From positions 224,001-288,000 of the forward strand of contig CAXXMD010000002.1 in NCBI GenBank assembly GCA_963675755.2: a stretch of 64,000 bases of DNA. Direction: 5' to 3'. A model generated the notes under the pieces. It saw only the letters and a list, made by a program, of their open reading frames with translations. It was not told where the DNA came from and did no database searches. The stretch is from a bacterium (GTDB lineage: Bacteria > Zhuqueibacterota > Zhuqueibacteria > Residuimicrobiales > Krinioviventaceae). The translations under genes were made by a program, and so were the position numbers. Position 1 is the first letter of the stretch; every line of letters starts with the position of its first letter. Of this stretch, positions 9,827 through 20,500 are shown one piece after another.

Positions 9827-11452
9827 ATGGAAAAAAAACACATACAATTTGGGATCTTTGCTCTCATTATTCTGTCTTTTATAGGATTGGCAGGATTACA
9901 GCTTTATTTGTATAATCACAATAAAGAGCTTGAAAAGCAGTCTTTTGATAATATTGTGGAAAATTCACTCGGTCTGATAGTGAAAAAGATAGAAGCGCTG
10001 GATATAGCTGGCAATATAATACAAATGACTCGTGACGATTCCATGTATCACAAAATTATCAAAATTGATTCCTGTGATACCATGATAACCCGAATAAAGC
10101 ATATGAATGGGATAGTTGATACTACAGTTGAAATGCACATCATTTCCGCATACGATTCGCTTGATACCCTTGTTGATCCCCAGGGAGGAAATGCTGCTGG
10201 TACCTTTATTTATAAATTTGAAAAATCAATCTCAGACAGCACAATGATTTTGGATCATGACAGCATGAATGTGATGATCAAGATTGCGTCAGATGGGAAT
10301 AACAATCAAATAAATGCCAATGTTGATTTGAATGACCGCAAGCTAATGATTGAAAAAGTTGTGAATGATTTGACTTTTCTGAAAGCCAAACCTGTAATGG
10401 AAAGAATTCAACCAGCTGTTCTGGATTCAATTATAAAAATAACGTTGACTCAAAATTCGCTAAATCTAAATTATACATTTGGAATACTTGATACTCGTAA
10501 AGATTCTCTGTTATTTAAAAGCCCTGGGTTTGATCCCGGCTATATAACCAAAGCATATAAAAAGCAGTTGTTCCCGAATGATCTGTTGCCCGTACCTGCA
10601 CAGTTGTGTGTGTATTTCCCTAACCAGGGTTCATTTTTATTCAAGCGGTCTGGTACCTGGATACTCACAACCTTGTTTTTTATTCTTGTACTCGTATCCA
10701 GTTTTGTTTATTTGACTGGATTGCTATTCAGGCAGAAACAGTTTTTTAATCATATAGTGAATTTTATCAACAACATGACGCACGAGTTTAAAACTCCAAT
10801 TTCAACATTATCTCTTGTTGGCGAGGCACTCAAAAGCCCGGATAATATTGGCAATCATGAAAAATTATCACGCTACAGTCAGGTTGTTGATGACGAAACT
10901 TTACGCATGAGAAACCAAGTAGAAAAAATATTACAAATGGCAGCTTTGGAAAGTGGTAACGTTGAACTGAATAACAAGGGTGTTTCAATTCATCAAATAA
11001 TGAACAAGCTTGTTAAAAAGTATCAGATTGTTCAGGAGAAAGGTGCTGTAAATTTACAGATCAAGCTTGATGCCAATCAGGATAGTGTACTTGGTGATCC
11101 TGTACATTTGATGAATGTTTTTGATAACCTGGTGGACAATGCGATAAAATACAACAACAATACTCCGGATATTCATATTACCACCTATAATGACCCTAAA
11201 AGTATTACAATTATATTTCAGGATAATGGTATAGGTATATCTTCTCAAGATCAAAAGTTAATTTTCGATACCTATTACCGGGTACCCACAGGCAATGTGC
11301 ATGATGTTAAGGGTTTTGGATTGGGATTGAGTTATGTAAAACGTATTATAGAATTACTGCATGGCGACATACGAGTCAAAAGTCAGTTGGGTAAAGGCAC
11401 TCAGTTTGAAATAATTTTGCCATTGCAGATAGAAAATGCCAGGGATATATGA
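9827..11452 (+). CDS. Membrane sensor histidine kinase
   Basis: Two TM helices; H-box NMTHEFKTPI; N-box NLVDNAIKY; G1 DNGIG; G2 GFGLGL. Confidence 0.96.
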   Translation: MEKKHIQFGIFALIILSFIGLAGLQLYLYNHNKELEKQSFDNIVENSLGLIVKKIEALDIAGNIIQMTRDDSMYHKIIKIDSCDTMITRIKHMNGIVDTTVEMHIISAYDSLDTLVDPQGGNAAGTFIYKFEKSISDSTMILDHDSMNVMIKIASDGNNNQINANVDLNDRKLMIEKVVNDLTFLKAKPVMERIQPAVLDSIIKITLTQNSLNLNYTFGILDTRKDSLLFKSPGFDPGYITKAYKKQLFPNDLLPVPAQLCVYFPNQGSFLFKRSGTWILTTLFFILVLVSSFVYLTGLLFRQKQFFNHIVNFINNMTHEFKTPISTLSLVGEALKSPDNIGNHEKLSRYSQVVDDETLRMRNQVEKILQMAALESGNVELNNKGVSIHQIMNKLVKKYQIVQEKGAVNLQIKLDANQDSVLGDPVHLMNVFDNLVDNAIKYNNNTPDIHITTYNDPKSITIIFQDNGIGISSQDQKLIFDTYYRVPTGNVHDVKGFGLGLSYVKRIIELLHGDIRVKSQLGKGTQFEIILPLQIENARDI

Positions 11453-12156
11453 CAAAAAAAATTAACATATTAATTGTTGATGATGATCCGAATTTGGGTT
11501 TTATATTACAGGAATCCCTTGAAGCTCAAGGATATGAGCTAATACGTTGTGATAATGGTGCAGATGCGCTTGAAGCATATATCAAGAATACATTTGATCT
11601 CTGTTTGATTGATATTATGCTGCCCAGGATGGATGGGTTTAGTCTGGCAAAAGAGATCCGTAATATTGATAAACAGGTTCCTATCATTTTTCTTACCGCA
11701 AAATCTCTCAAAGAAGACAAGATTGAAGGTTTCAAAATTGGTGCGGATGATTATGTGACCAAACCCTTTAGCATGGAAGAACTGCAATTACGTATATCTG
11801 CTGTATTACGTCGAACACAAAATTTAATTGATGATTCAAATGAATCTATTTTCACAATAGGTAAATTTACATTCTACTATTCCGAACAGATTTTGAAATA
11901 CCGTAGAAAATCTCTTAAACTTACCTTAAAAGAATCAGAACTATTGTACCTGTTATGCAAACATCGTGATAAATATCTGGCTCGTGAATTTGCGTTGCAA
12001 TACATCTGGAATGATGAAAGTTATTTTTCCGGGCGCAGTATGGATGTTTATATTACAAAGCTGCGAAAATATCTTCAGGATGATGAGCGAATTGAAATCC
12101 GTAATTTGCATGGTAAAGGCTTTAAGCTGATCGTTCCTGATTCCACATCACATTGA
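11449..12156 (+). CDS. OmpR/PhoB-family response regulator
   Basis: ILIVDDD, DIMLP, FLTA, KPF; winged-helix RSMDVYITKLRK...GKGF; ATGA overlap with the kinase. Confidence 0.96.
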   Translation: MTKKINILIVDDDPNLGFILQESLEAQGYELIRCDNGADALEAYIKNTFDLCLIDIMLPRMDGFSLAKEIRNIDKQVPIIFLTAKSLKEDKIEGFKIGADDYVTKPFSMEELQLRISAVLRRTQNLIDDSNESIFTIGKFTFYYSEQILKYRRKSLKLTLKESELLYLLCKHRDKYLAREFALQYIWNDESYFSGRSMDVYITKLRKYLQDDERIEIRNLHGKGFKLIVPDSTSH

Positions 12157-12276
12157 CAGCGTTTTTAAGTAAAATTTTTTCCCAAAACATCATACTCTCC
12201 TTGCAAATTGACTCAAAATTTATTATCATAATTTCAATTCAATTGTTAAAAGAAAACCTATTATCAGGGATATGTA

Positions 12277-13551
12277 ATGAATATTGATCCGCATGAATTT
12301 GAATCTATAATAAAAAAACTTTATACCAACCCCAACGATCAGGTACTGCAATACAAGCGATACAATAAACTTGTGATGGAATATCACGAAACATTTCCTG
12401 AAACTGATATTCATATTTTCAGTACACCTGGCAGGACAGAAGTAGGGGGAAACCATACAGACCATAATAATGGCCGTGTATTGGCAGCATCGGTAAATCT
12501 GGATTCAATAGCTGTTGCCGCAGCAAATAATAATTCAACTGTTACCCTGTATTCAAAAGGATACGAAAAGCCGTTTATAGTCGATCTGGATTCACTTGAT
12601 AAAGTGGATAACGAGTCAGGAACTACTCTTGCTCTGATTAGAGGAATTGCTGCACGAATTCATCATCTGGGATTTGATATAGGCGGATTCAACGCATACA
12701 TAACCAGCGATGTATTACCCGGTTCAGGATTGAGCTCTTCTGCGTCTATAGAGGTGCTGATTGGAAGTATTTTTAATGCACTTTTTAATAATGATGAAAT
12801 TGCCGCAGATGTATTGGCAAAAATTGGTCAATGGGCAGAAAATAATTATTTTGATAAACCCTGCGGTTTAATGGATCAAACTGCTTGTGCTGTTGGTGGC
12901 TTTGTGACCATAGATTTTCAAAATCCTCAAAAACCGGGAATTGAAAAGGTTGATTTTGATTTCAGTGCTCAAAATTACAGTTTAATTGTTGTTGATACCG
13001 GCGGCAGTCATGCGGATCTGACTGATGATTATGCAGCGGTTCCCGCTGAAATGAAAGCTGCAGCTCGTGAGCTGGGTGTGGCATGCTGTCGTGAAACAAA
13101 TCTTGATGCTTTAATCAATAATATTGCTCAAATGCGTAATACAGTTGGAGACAGAGCAATTTTGCGAGCATTTCATTTTTTGCAGGAAAATGAACGTGTT
13201 GTTCACCAGGTACAGGCATTAAAGAATGGTGAATTTCAGAAATTTCTGTCACTGATTCGGGAATCCGGTAATTCATCATATAAATGGCTTCAAAATGTTT
13301 ATACAGCTAAATCTCCGGAACAAGGGGTTTCATTGGCGCTTGCATTAACCGAGTATTTTATAGGTACTATTGGAGAAGGCGCCTGCCGTGTTCATGGAGG
13401 AGGATTCTCAGGCACCATTCAGGCATTTTTACCCAATACTGCTGTAGATAAATATATTAAACTGATATCCGGAGTATTTGGGCATAACAGTGTTTATCTT
13501 TTGTCTATACGCCCCTATGGAGCTGTTCATCTGGATAATTTTGTTGAATAA
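12277..13551 (+). CDS. galK: Galactokinase (GHMP kinase)
   Basis: PGRTEVGGNHTDHN, PGSGLSSSA, CGLMDQ, RVHGGGF. Confidence 0.85.
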   Translation: MNIDPHEFESIIKKLYTNPNDQVLQYKRYNKLVMEYHETFPETDIHIFSTPGRTEVGGNHTDHNNGRVLAASVNLDSIAVAAANNNSTVTLYSKGYEKPFIVDLDSLDKVDNESGTTLALIRGIAARIHHLGFDIGGFNAYITSDVLPGSGLSSSASIEVLIGSIFNALFNNDEIAADVLAKIGQWAENNYFDKPCGLMDQTACAVGGFVTIDFQNPQKPGIEKVDFDFSAQNYSLIVVDTGGSHADLTDDYAAVPAEMKAAARELGVACCRETNLDALINNIAQMRNTVGDRAILRAFHFLQENERVVHQVQALKNGEFQKFLSLIRESGNSSYKWLQNVYTAKSPEQGVSLALALTEYFIGTIGEGACRVHGGGFSGTIQAFLPNTAVDKYIKLISGVFGHNSVYLLSIRPYGAVHLDNFVE

Positions 13552-13568
13552 TTCAAAGGAGTTGTAAG

Positions 13569-15023
13569 ATGAAACGACGTCAATTTTTAAAAACTTGTGG
13601 TGCCGCAGCTGCAGTGGGTCTTGCTGGCTGCTCGTACAAAAAGCAAAAACCCAATTTTGTTTTCATTCTTGTGGATGATTTAGGGTATAATGATATTGGC
13701 GCCTATAATCCTGATACTTTTTATGAAACACCCAACATTAATAAACTCGCCCAAAAAGGTGTACGTTTTACAGATGGCTATGCTGCAAATCCGGTATGCA
13801 GCCCTACCCGTTACAGTATAATGACGGGCAAGTATCCCAGTAGAGTAGATGCAACAAACTGGTTTTCGGGTATGCGGTCGGGTAAATTTATGGGGGCACC
13901 CCTGAACGATAAAATGCCTCTTGAAGAAGTTACCATTGCAGAATCATTAAAAGAACAAGGTTATAAAACTACATTTATTGGCAAATGGCATCTTGGAGAA
14001 ACCCAGGATTTATGGCCGCAGGCACAGGGATTTGATAAAAATATTGGAGGTTGGAAAAAAGGATCTCCTTCGAGTTATTTTTCTCCTTATAACAATCCCG
14101 TATTGCCGGATGGCCCGGATGGAGAGTATCTGACAGAGCGGTTAACCAATGAAGCCTTGAACATATTGGAGCAAGCCAAAGACGATCCGTTTTTTCTGTA
14201 CCTTGCTTTCTACACTGTGCATATCCCATTACAGGCGATTGAGCATTTAATTGAAAAGTATGAGAGCAAAGCAGAAAATATATCAGGACCGGAATTCGCA
14301 GATGAAAAACAGGTCTGGCCCACGGATGAAAAACGACGTGTGCGTATTTTGCAAAAAAATCCGGTTTATGCCGCAATGGTTGAATATATGGATACCAGTG
14401 TAGGCCGGGTATTGGACAAACTAGAGGAAATGGGGCTGGACAAGAACACAGTTGTTTGTTTTATGTCAGACAATGGTGGTCTGTCAACTGCTGAAGGATT
14501 ACCAACATCTAACCTGCCATTGCGGGCAGGTAAGGGATGGTTGTATGAAGGGGGAATACGTGAACCTTTTATTATCAACTGGCCTGATGCAAAAAGAAAT
14601 TCTCATGTATGCAATTATCCGGTTATCAGTACTGATTTTTATCCCACAATCCTGGACATTGCAGGTGTACCTCTGCATCCTGAACAGCACATGGATGGTT
14701 TGAGCCTGGTTCCCTTGTTAAATGGTGGCCAAACCCTTGGTCGTTCAAGTCTGTTCTGGCACTATCCGCACTATAGTAATCAAGGTGGTATGCCGGGAGG
14801 GGCAATACGTGAAGGAAAGTACAAGCTCATTGAAAGTCTGGAAGATGGCAGTGTTGAATTGTATGATCTGGATCTGGATATAGGTGAGCAAAATAATTTG
14901 GCTGAATCCATGCCGCATTTGGTTAAAGAAATGGGTGATCGTTTACATAAATGGTACAATACTGTAGATGCCAAGTTTTTACAAGCAAAACCTGGCGGCC
15001 CACAACCCTGGCGACCAGAATAA
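13569..15023 (+). CDS. Formylglycine-dependent (S1) sulfatase, Tat-exported lipoprotein
   Basis: KRRQFLK Tat motif plus LAGC lipobox; DDLG, CSPTR, GKWHLG, SDNGG, GKG.LYEGGIR. Confidence 0.94.
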   Translation: MKRRQFLKTCGAAAAVGLAGCSYKKQKPNFVFILVDDLGYNDIGAYNPDTFYETPNINKLAQKGVRFTDGYAANPVCSPTRYSIMTGKYPSRVDATNWFSGMRSGKFMGAPLNDKMPLEEVTIAESLKEQGYKTTFIGKWHLGETQDLWPQAQGFDKNIGGWKKGSPSSYFSPYNNPVLPDGPDGEYLTERLTNEALNILEQAKDDPFFLYLAFYTVHIPLQAIEHLIEKYESKAENISGPEFADEKQVWPTDEKRRVRILQKNPVYAAMVEYMDTSVGRVLDKLEEMGLDKNTVVCFMSDNGGLSTAEGLPTSNLPLRAGKGWLYEGGIREPFIINWPDAKRNSHVCNYPVISTDFYPTILDIAGVPLHPEQHMDGLSLVPLLNGGQTLGRSSLFWHYPHYSNQGGMPGGAIREGKYKLIESLEDGSVELYDLDLDIGEQNNLAESMPHLVKEMGDRLHKWYNTVDAKFLQAKPGGPQPWRPE

Positions 15024-15148
15024 AATAGTTATTTGTAATATCAAAAATCCTTTTATATTAATAAACTATTCTTACAATACCGGAATCCTGATATTAATGT
15101 TCCTGTTGTAAATTATTATTATATAAATAAATTTTCAAGGAGAAGAAA

Positions 15149-16486
15149 ATGATAAATGTAACACTGGGTAAAACCGAATATTTTAAAGGTATTGATAAAA
15201 TCCAGTATGAAGGCCCGGATTCTGATAATCCGTTGGCATTTAAATATTATGATGAAAACAAGATAGTAGCAGGTAAGACCATGAGCGACCATTTCCGTTT
15301 TGCTATTGCTTATTGGCATACATTCTGTGGAACAGGTGAAGATCCTTTTGGTCCTGGTACGCAACCATTGCCCTGGCTTGAGGGTAGTGATGATATGACA
15401 ATCGCAAAAAACAAACTTGACGCTGCTTTTGAATTTGTATCTAAACTGGGTGTTCCATTTTACTGTTTCCATGATCGTGACCTGGCTCCCGAAGGCAGCA
15501 ATGTTATAGAATCTGAAAAGAACCTGAAAGAACTGGTTAGTCTTGCCAAAGCCAAACAGCAGGAATCTGGTGTTAAATTATTATGGGGAACCGCCAATGT
15601 ATTCAGTAATCCCCGTTATATGAACGGAGCTGCTACAAATCCTGATTTTCATGTAGTTACTCATGTTGCAGCACAGGTTAAAGCCGCTATGGAAGCGACT
15701 GTTGAACTGGGTGGTGAAAATTATGTGTTCTGGGGCGGACGTGAAGGATATTTCACTCTATTAAATACAATGATGAAACGCGAACTGGACCATCTGGGAA
15801 TGTTTTTGCAAAAAGCCCGTGATTACGGTCGCGAGATTGGTTTTAAAGGTACTTTTCTCATCGAGCCCAAGCCTATGGAACCCACCAAACACCAGTATGA
15901 TTTTGATACTGCAACGGTATTGGGATTTCTGCAAAAATATGGTTTGGATCAAGATTTCAAGGTCAATATTGAAAATAACCATGCAACTCTTGCAGGCCAT
16001 ACATTTGCACATGAAATTCAAACCGCTGTTGATGCAGGAATCTTTGGTAGTCTCGATATAAATCAGGGCGATCCATACAATGGTTGGGATACTGATGAAT
16101 TCCTTAGAAATTTGTATGATGCTGTTGAGATTATGCTTGTTCTGCTGCAAACAAAAGACGGTATGGGCAAAGGTGGTATGAATTTCGACGCCAAAACACG
16201 TCGTTCTTCAACAGATCTGGATGATATCTTTATCGCTCATATCAGTTCAATGGATACACTGGCTCGCGGATTGATCATTGCTGATAATATTTTGAAAAAT
16301 TCAAATTATCTAGATCTTCGTAAAACACGATATGCATCCTTTGATGATGGTAAAGGTGCAGAATTTGAAGCTGGGAAAATGGGGCTTGCTGAAATGGCAA
16401 AACTTGCTGCAGAGTGGGGTGAACCCAAAATGATCAGTGGAAAACAGGAAATGTATGAGAGTTTGTTAAATAAATATATCCGATAA
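15149..16486 (+). CDS. xylA: Xylose isomerase (class II)
   Basis: YWHTF, FHDRD, WGGREGY, IEPKP.EP, NIE.NH, GWDTD, NFDAK. Confidence 0.97.
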   Translation: MINVTLGKTEYFKGIDKIQYEGPDSDNPLAFKYYDENKIVAGKTMSDHFRFAIAYWHTFCGTGEDPFGPGTQPLPWLEGSDDMTIAKNKLDAAFEFVSKLGVPFYCFHDRDLAPEGSNVIESEKNLKELVSLAKAKQQESGVKLLWGTANVFSNPRYMNGAATNPDFHVVTHVAAQVKAAMEATVELGGENYVFWGGREGYFTLLNTMMKRELDHLGMFLQKARDYGREIGFKGTFLIEPKPMEPTKHQYDFDTATVLGFLQKYGLDQDFKVNIENNHATLAGHTFAHEIQTAVDAGIFGSLDINQGDPYNGWDTDEFLRNLYDAVEIMLVLLQTKDGMGKGGMNFDAKTRRSSTDLDDIFIAHISSMDTLARGLIIADNILKNSNYLDLRKTRYASFDDGKGAEFEAGKMGLAEMAKLAAEWGEPKMISGKQEMYESLLNKYIR

Positions 16487-16505
16487 ATCGTTTATTGTAA
16501 ATTTG

Positions 16506-16540
16506 AATGCCTGTTTCTTTTGAAACGGGCATTTTTTTTA
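16506..16540 (+). terminator. Intrinsic terminator after xylA
   Basis: AATGCCTGTTTC / GAAACGGGCATT followed by a T-run. Confidence 0.8.
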
Positions 16541-17431
16541 TCTGAGAAACAAGAGTGCAATCCCCGCTACTGTGATTACCGTCCCGATAAATGCCCGCAA
16601 GGTTGGTTTTTCTTTATATACAAAATAGAGCATAGGAATTATAACAATTGGAACGGTTGCCATAAGAGTGGATGCAATACCGGTTTTGGTATATTTGATT
16701 GCTACAACAGATAACCATACTCCCAGATATGGGCCAAATACAGCGCCGCCAAATGCTGCCAACATTCCTTTGTTGTCTCTGATTGCTAAAAGTATCTTTC
16801 TGGTTCGTCCTGCAGAAATACCCATAATCATAAGGATCAGTGCAGAGGGTACCATTCTAAGAATTGTTGCAGACAATGGATCGATATCATTTTGTAGTCC
16901 ATATTTTGCCAATACCAATCCAACAGCTTGGCCGGTTGCACCAATTAACCCAAAGATAATACCTTTGAGTTTTGAGCCATGGATTTTTTCCTCTCCGTCT
17001 TTATGTTCACTTACTACCCAGAAAATACCCCAAATGGTAACCGTAATACCTATTAAAGCAATTAATCCCAGAGTTTCACCTAAAAAGATCCATGCAATAA
17101 CTGTTGTAATAGGGGGGGCTAGTGATAAAATCAGGGTGGTTCTATGAGAACCCAGTATAACCAGGCTTTTGAATAAAGCACCGTCTCCTAAAACAAGACC
17201 TACAAATCCACTAAGACCCAGCCAGAAAATATTCTGCATATTGGCATGAATGGGGAAAAACATTCCTTTGGTAGCAAAAAGTGTAATACATAACAGTACA
17301 CAAGCCATGACAAGACGAACAAGATTGGTGTTATATGTTCCAATCCGTTTGCCGGCAATTTCAAACATGATGGCGCATATGCCCCAAAAAAATGCACCTG
17401 CTAATGCAGCAGTTTCTCCAATATAAGGCAA
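16538..17431 (-). CDS. DMT/EamA family transporter
   Basis: 297 aa, about 10 TM helices in two EamA repeats (FLGETL, YKEKPT). Confidence 0.88.
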   Translation of the reverse strand: MPYIGETAALAGAFFWGICAIMFEIAGKRIGTYNTNLVRLVMACVLLCITLFATKGMFFPIHANMQNIFWLGLSGFVGLVLGDGALFKSLVILGSHRTTLILSLAPPITTVIAWIFLGETLGLIALIGITVTIWGIFWVVSEHKDGEEKIHGSKLKGIIFGLIGATGQAVGLVLAKYGLQNDIDPLSATILRMVPSALILMIMGISAGRTRKILLAIRDNKGMLAAFGGAVFGPYLGVWLSVVAIKYTKTGIASTLMATVPIVIIPMLYFVYKEKPTLRAFIGTVITVAGIALLFLR

Positions 17432-17487
17432 TTCAATCTCCCAAATAATAAGCAGTCAATATAGGGCTTTATTTTCATTTATGAAAT

Positions 17488-17531
17488 AAAAAAAAGGCCG
17501 CAGCTTGAACACGTGCATGCGGCCCTTTTTT
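17488..17531. terminator. Terminator downstream of the giant surface-protein gene
   Basis: A-run GGCCGCA ... TGCGGCC T-run. Confidence 0.75.
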
Positions 17532-17561
17532 GGGGTGAGTTTATTTAATAACGGGTCAACG

Positions 17562-20500
17562 TTATTTTACAAATGCCATTTTTTTAATCTCTTTATATTC
17601 ACCAGCTATAATGCGATAGTAATATACACCCGAACTTACAATGGTACCCTGATCATTTCTTCCATTCCATTCAATTTCATGATAACCGGGATCCATTTTG
17701 TTGTTTACGAGTGTCGCTACTTGTTGTCCCATAATGTTAAATATTTCAATCCGGGTTTGCATAACCTTGGGAAGATCAAAACGTATGCGTGTGACCGGAT
17801 TAAAAGGATTCGGGAAATTCTGATGTACCTGGAATGTTTTCGGGTACGCGGTTTCCAGTGAAACCGGTCCGTGTTCACCAGACCATCCGGAAATACTCAT
17901 GTCAACAAGTTTATAAAAATAGGTCCTTCCGGGTACAGTTGTAGTATCTGAATAACTGTATTGTCCGTCTTTACGCGTAGGTATCAATTTATTGTTCAGC
18001 TGCGCGTATTCACCTTCTTTTGTTAATGAGCGATAGATAAAAAATCCAAGATTGTCTACCTCATTTGCGGTTTCCCAATCCAGAATAACTCCTTTATAGG
18101 GTTCATGAATTGCACTAAAGCTTTGCAATTCAACTTTGGTTACCTGCCCCCATGTCACTTCGTCTGTATATTCACCATCAGATACAACACATTTAAGTGA
18201 ATATGATCCAGGGTGCTCAGCTGCAACAAAGAGGAATTCAGAACCAGTTCCAACCTCAGTATCATCCAGATACCATGTGAATGTTAATGGATCAGAATCA
18301 TCATCTTTTGCCAGTATGGTGAATTTCTGGCTGCCACCTTGTGGAACATCCAATACGGATTGGGGTGGATCTTTGTAAACAATCTGTGGCGCAGAGTTTC
18401 CTGTAATAACTATGGTAAGAGAATCTATATCAAATCCTTGTTCAGAATCGGGTTTGTTATCATACACTTCAAATACAATGTCCCATGTTTTTTTCTGATT
18501 TGCTTTTGGCATCCAGGTGAATACACCAGTATTGGGATCAAATGAAGAGTTTGCCGGTAGATTTTTAACTGAAAAGATTAATGGATCATCGTCATCATCT
18601 GAAGCAATAATCTGGTATTGATATTGTCCCTCAGTATAATCAACAGAGTCTTTGTGTGTAAGGTTTGTAAATACCGGGAATGCATTGCTGACACCAGTTG
18701 CGATAAATTCCAAATAATCAGGATTTGTACCCGGCTTGGAAGCCCATAATACATTCTCAGCCTGGTCACCCAACTGCCAGAAACAGGAGGCAAGGCCCAT
18801 ACTATCAGTGGTATCTTTGGTGCTTGAAACCGAACCTATGAAATCTTTGGGTTGAAAATAAACCAGTTCATCACTTACTTTATTACCATAACTATCAGTT
18901 AGTTTCACAACATTGGGATAAACAAGGAACCGGTTTTTGGTCATTACCTGGTTATTGCCGGAAACCATGTTTAATCTTGAAGGTCTACCATGTACGGCCT
19001 GTATATTAAAGATTACCTGAATATCATCTAATTCCGGAGATTTGGCAGTTATAGTATATTCGCCAACAATTTGACCGAGCTCAAGAATACCCTTTGCCAT
19101 GCCATTCATGTCTGTTAATAGTGTGTCTGCATTTAAAAATTCTGCATGATGTTCATCTGTTGGTGCATCTGCAACATTAAATACTATTTTTGTACCGGGA
19201 ACCGGATTGTCATGTTTATCTATTGCTTTAATGATCAACGTATCTGCTATAACCATTCCTACTGTATCAGTAACGGTAGTTGCTGATAGTGCAAGCAAAT
19301 CTACAGCAGAATCTGATTGAGCAGTTACCGTAACCCAAATAAAGGTTTCATCATTGGTTACATTGGCTTTGATTTGTTGCGGTCCTGAAACCATACCCGG
19401 TATATAATTGATTTCTGAACATCCTAAAAAGTTAGAGGTAGCGGGATTGTCTCCGATGAATTCTGCATCGTCAACGGATTTGGTGAATGTTACACTTGCT
19501 CCTGCAACAGCCAGAGAATCGCTGTCGTATACTTTGATACGAATGGGGTTTTCCATTTCTTCACCAACGGTTCCTGACAGCTCTCCCGTATAGTCTGTCA
19601 ATTTATAGGGGGGAACCGCATCTCTGGATGTAATTGAGAATTCTGCTACCTGACTACTTTGTCCCAGAGATTTTATATATGCAAGTACCAGCTGCGTACC
19701 TGTATTGGGACCCAATACCCAGTTTGCATATGCATTACCCGCAGAATCCGATTTGGTGGTATAGGATTGCAAACCGCTTTCTTTATGATATCCATCTCCA
19801 ACCTGGGTTTGGAATACAATATCCACATTTTTGATAGGATTGCCGTTGAGGTCTGTTACATGTGCACCAAATGGCTTGTTCAATACGGCACCTTTGTTAC
19901 CGGTCTGATCTGTACCGGCAATAGCGTCAATCTGAGAGGCATCATCCGGCACAAAATTGATGTCTATACTTCCCAGTGCTTTACTATTCTCTGCCAAAAG
20001 AACGTCAACAGTTACAGTATCTGCAATGGTGGATTTTACCTGACCTGTTGTTTCACCGCTATTGTTTGTAGCAAGAGTTGGATTAATAATTGTAACTCCC
20101 TGATCATCCGCATTCAACTCTACCATTTTACCGGAAACAGGATTGTTGTATTTATCCCGCAAGCGGATAGTAACCTGTGATGATTCTACTCCATCTGCAA
20201 CCACATCCTGGATTGCATTAATTTGAGTAGAGTCTGCAAAAGGAGTACCTGCCCGCAAGGTGACTTTGACAGTGTCTGGAGACCCTGCTAAATGAACATC
20301 ATCATTACTGGATGATATCTCTAACCAGTTTTCTGTATTTATATCTGTACCTAAAATCCAGTTTTCTGTTGCTACACCGTTCAATGTTCCCTGAAAGCTT
20401 TTGTCAATAGTCGTTGATTCAAGACGACCACCGCCCTTGATGACTTTGTAATTGACGTTATGTTTGTCAACGGGATCGCCATCCAGATCATAGGCGCCAA

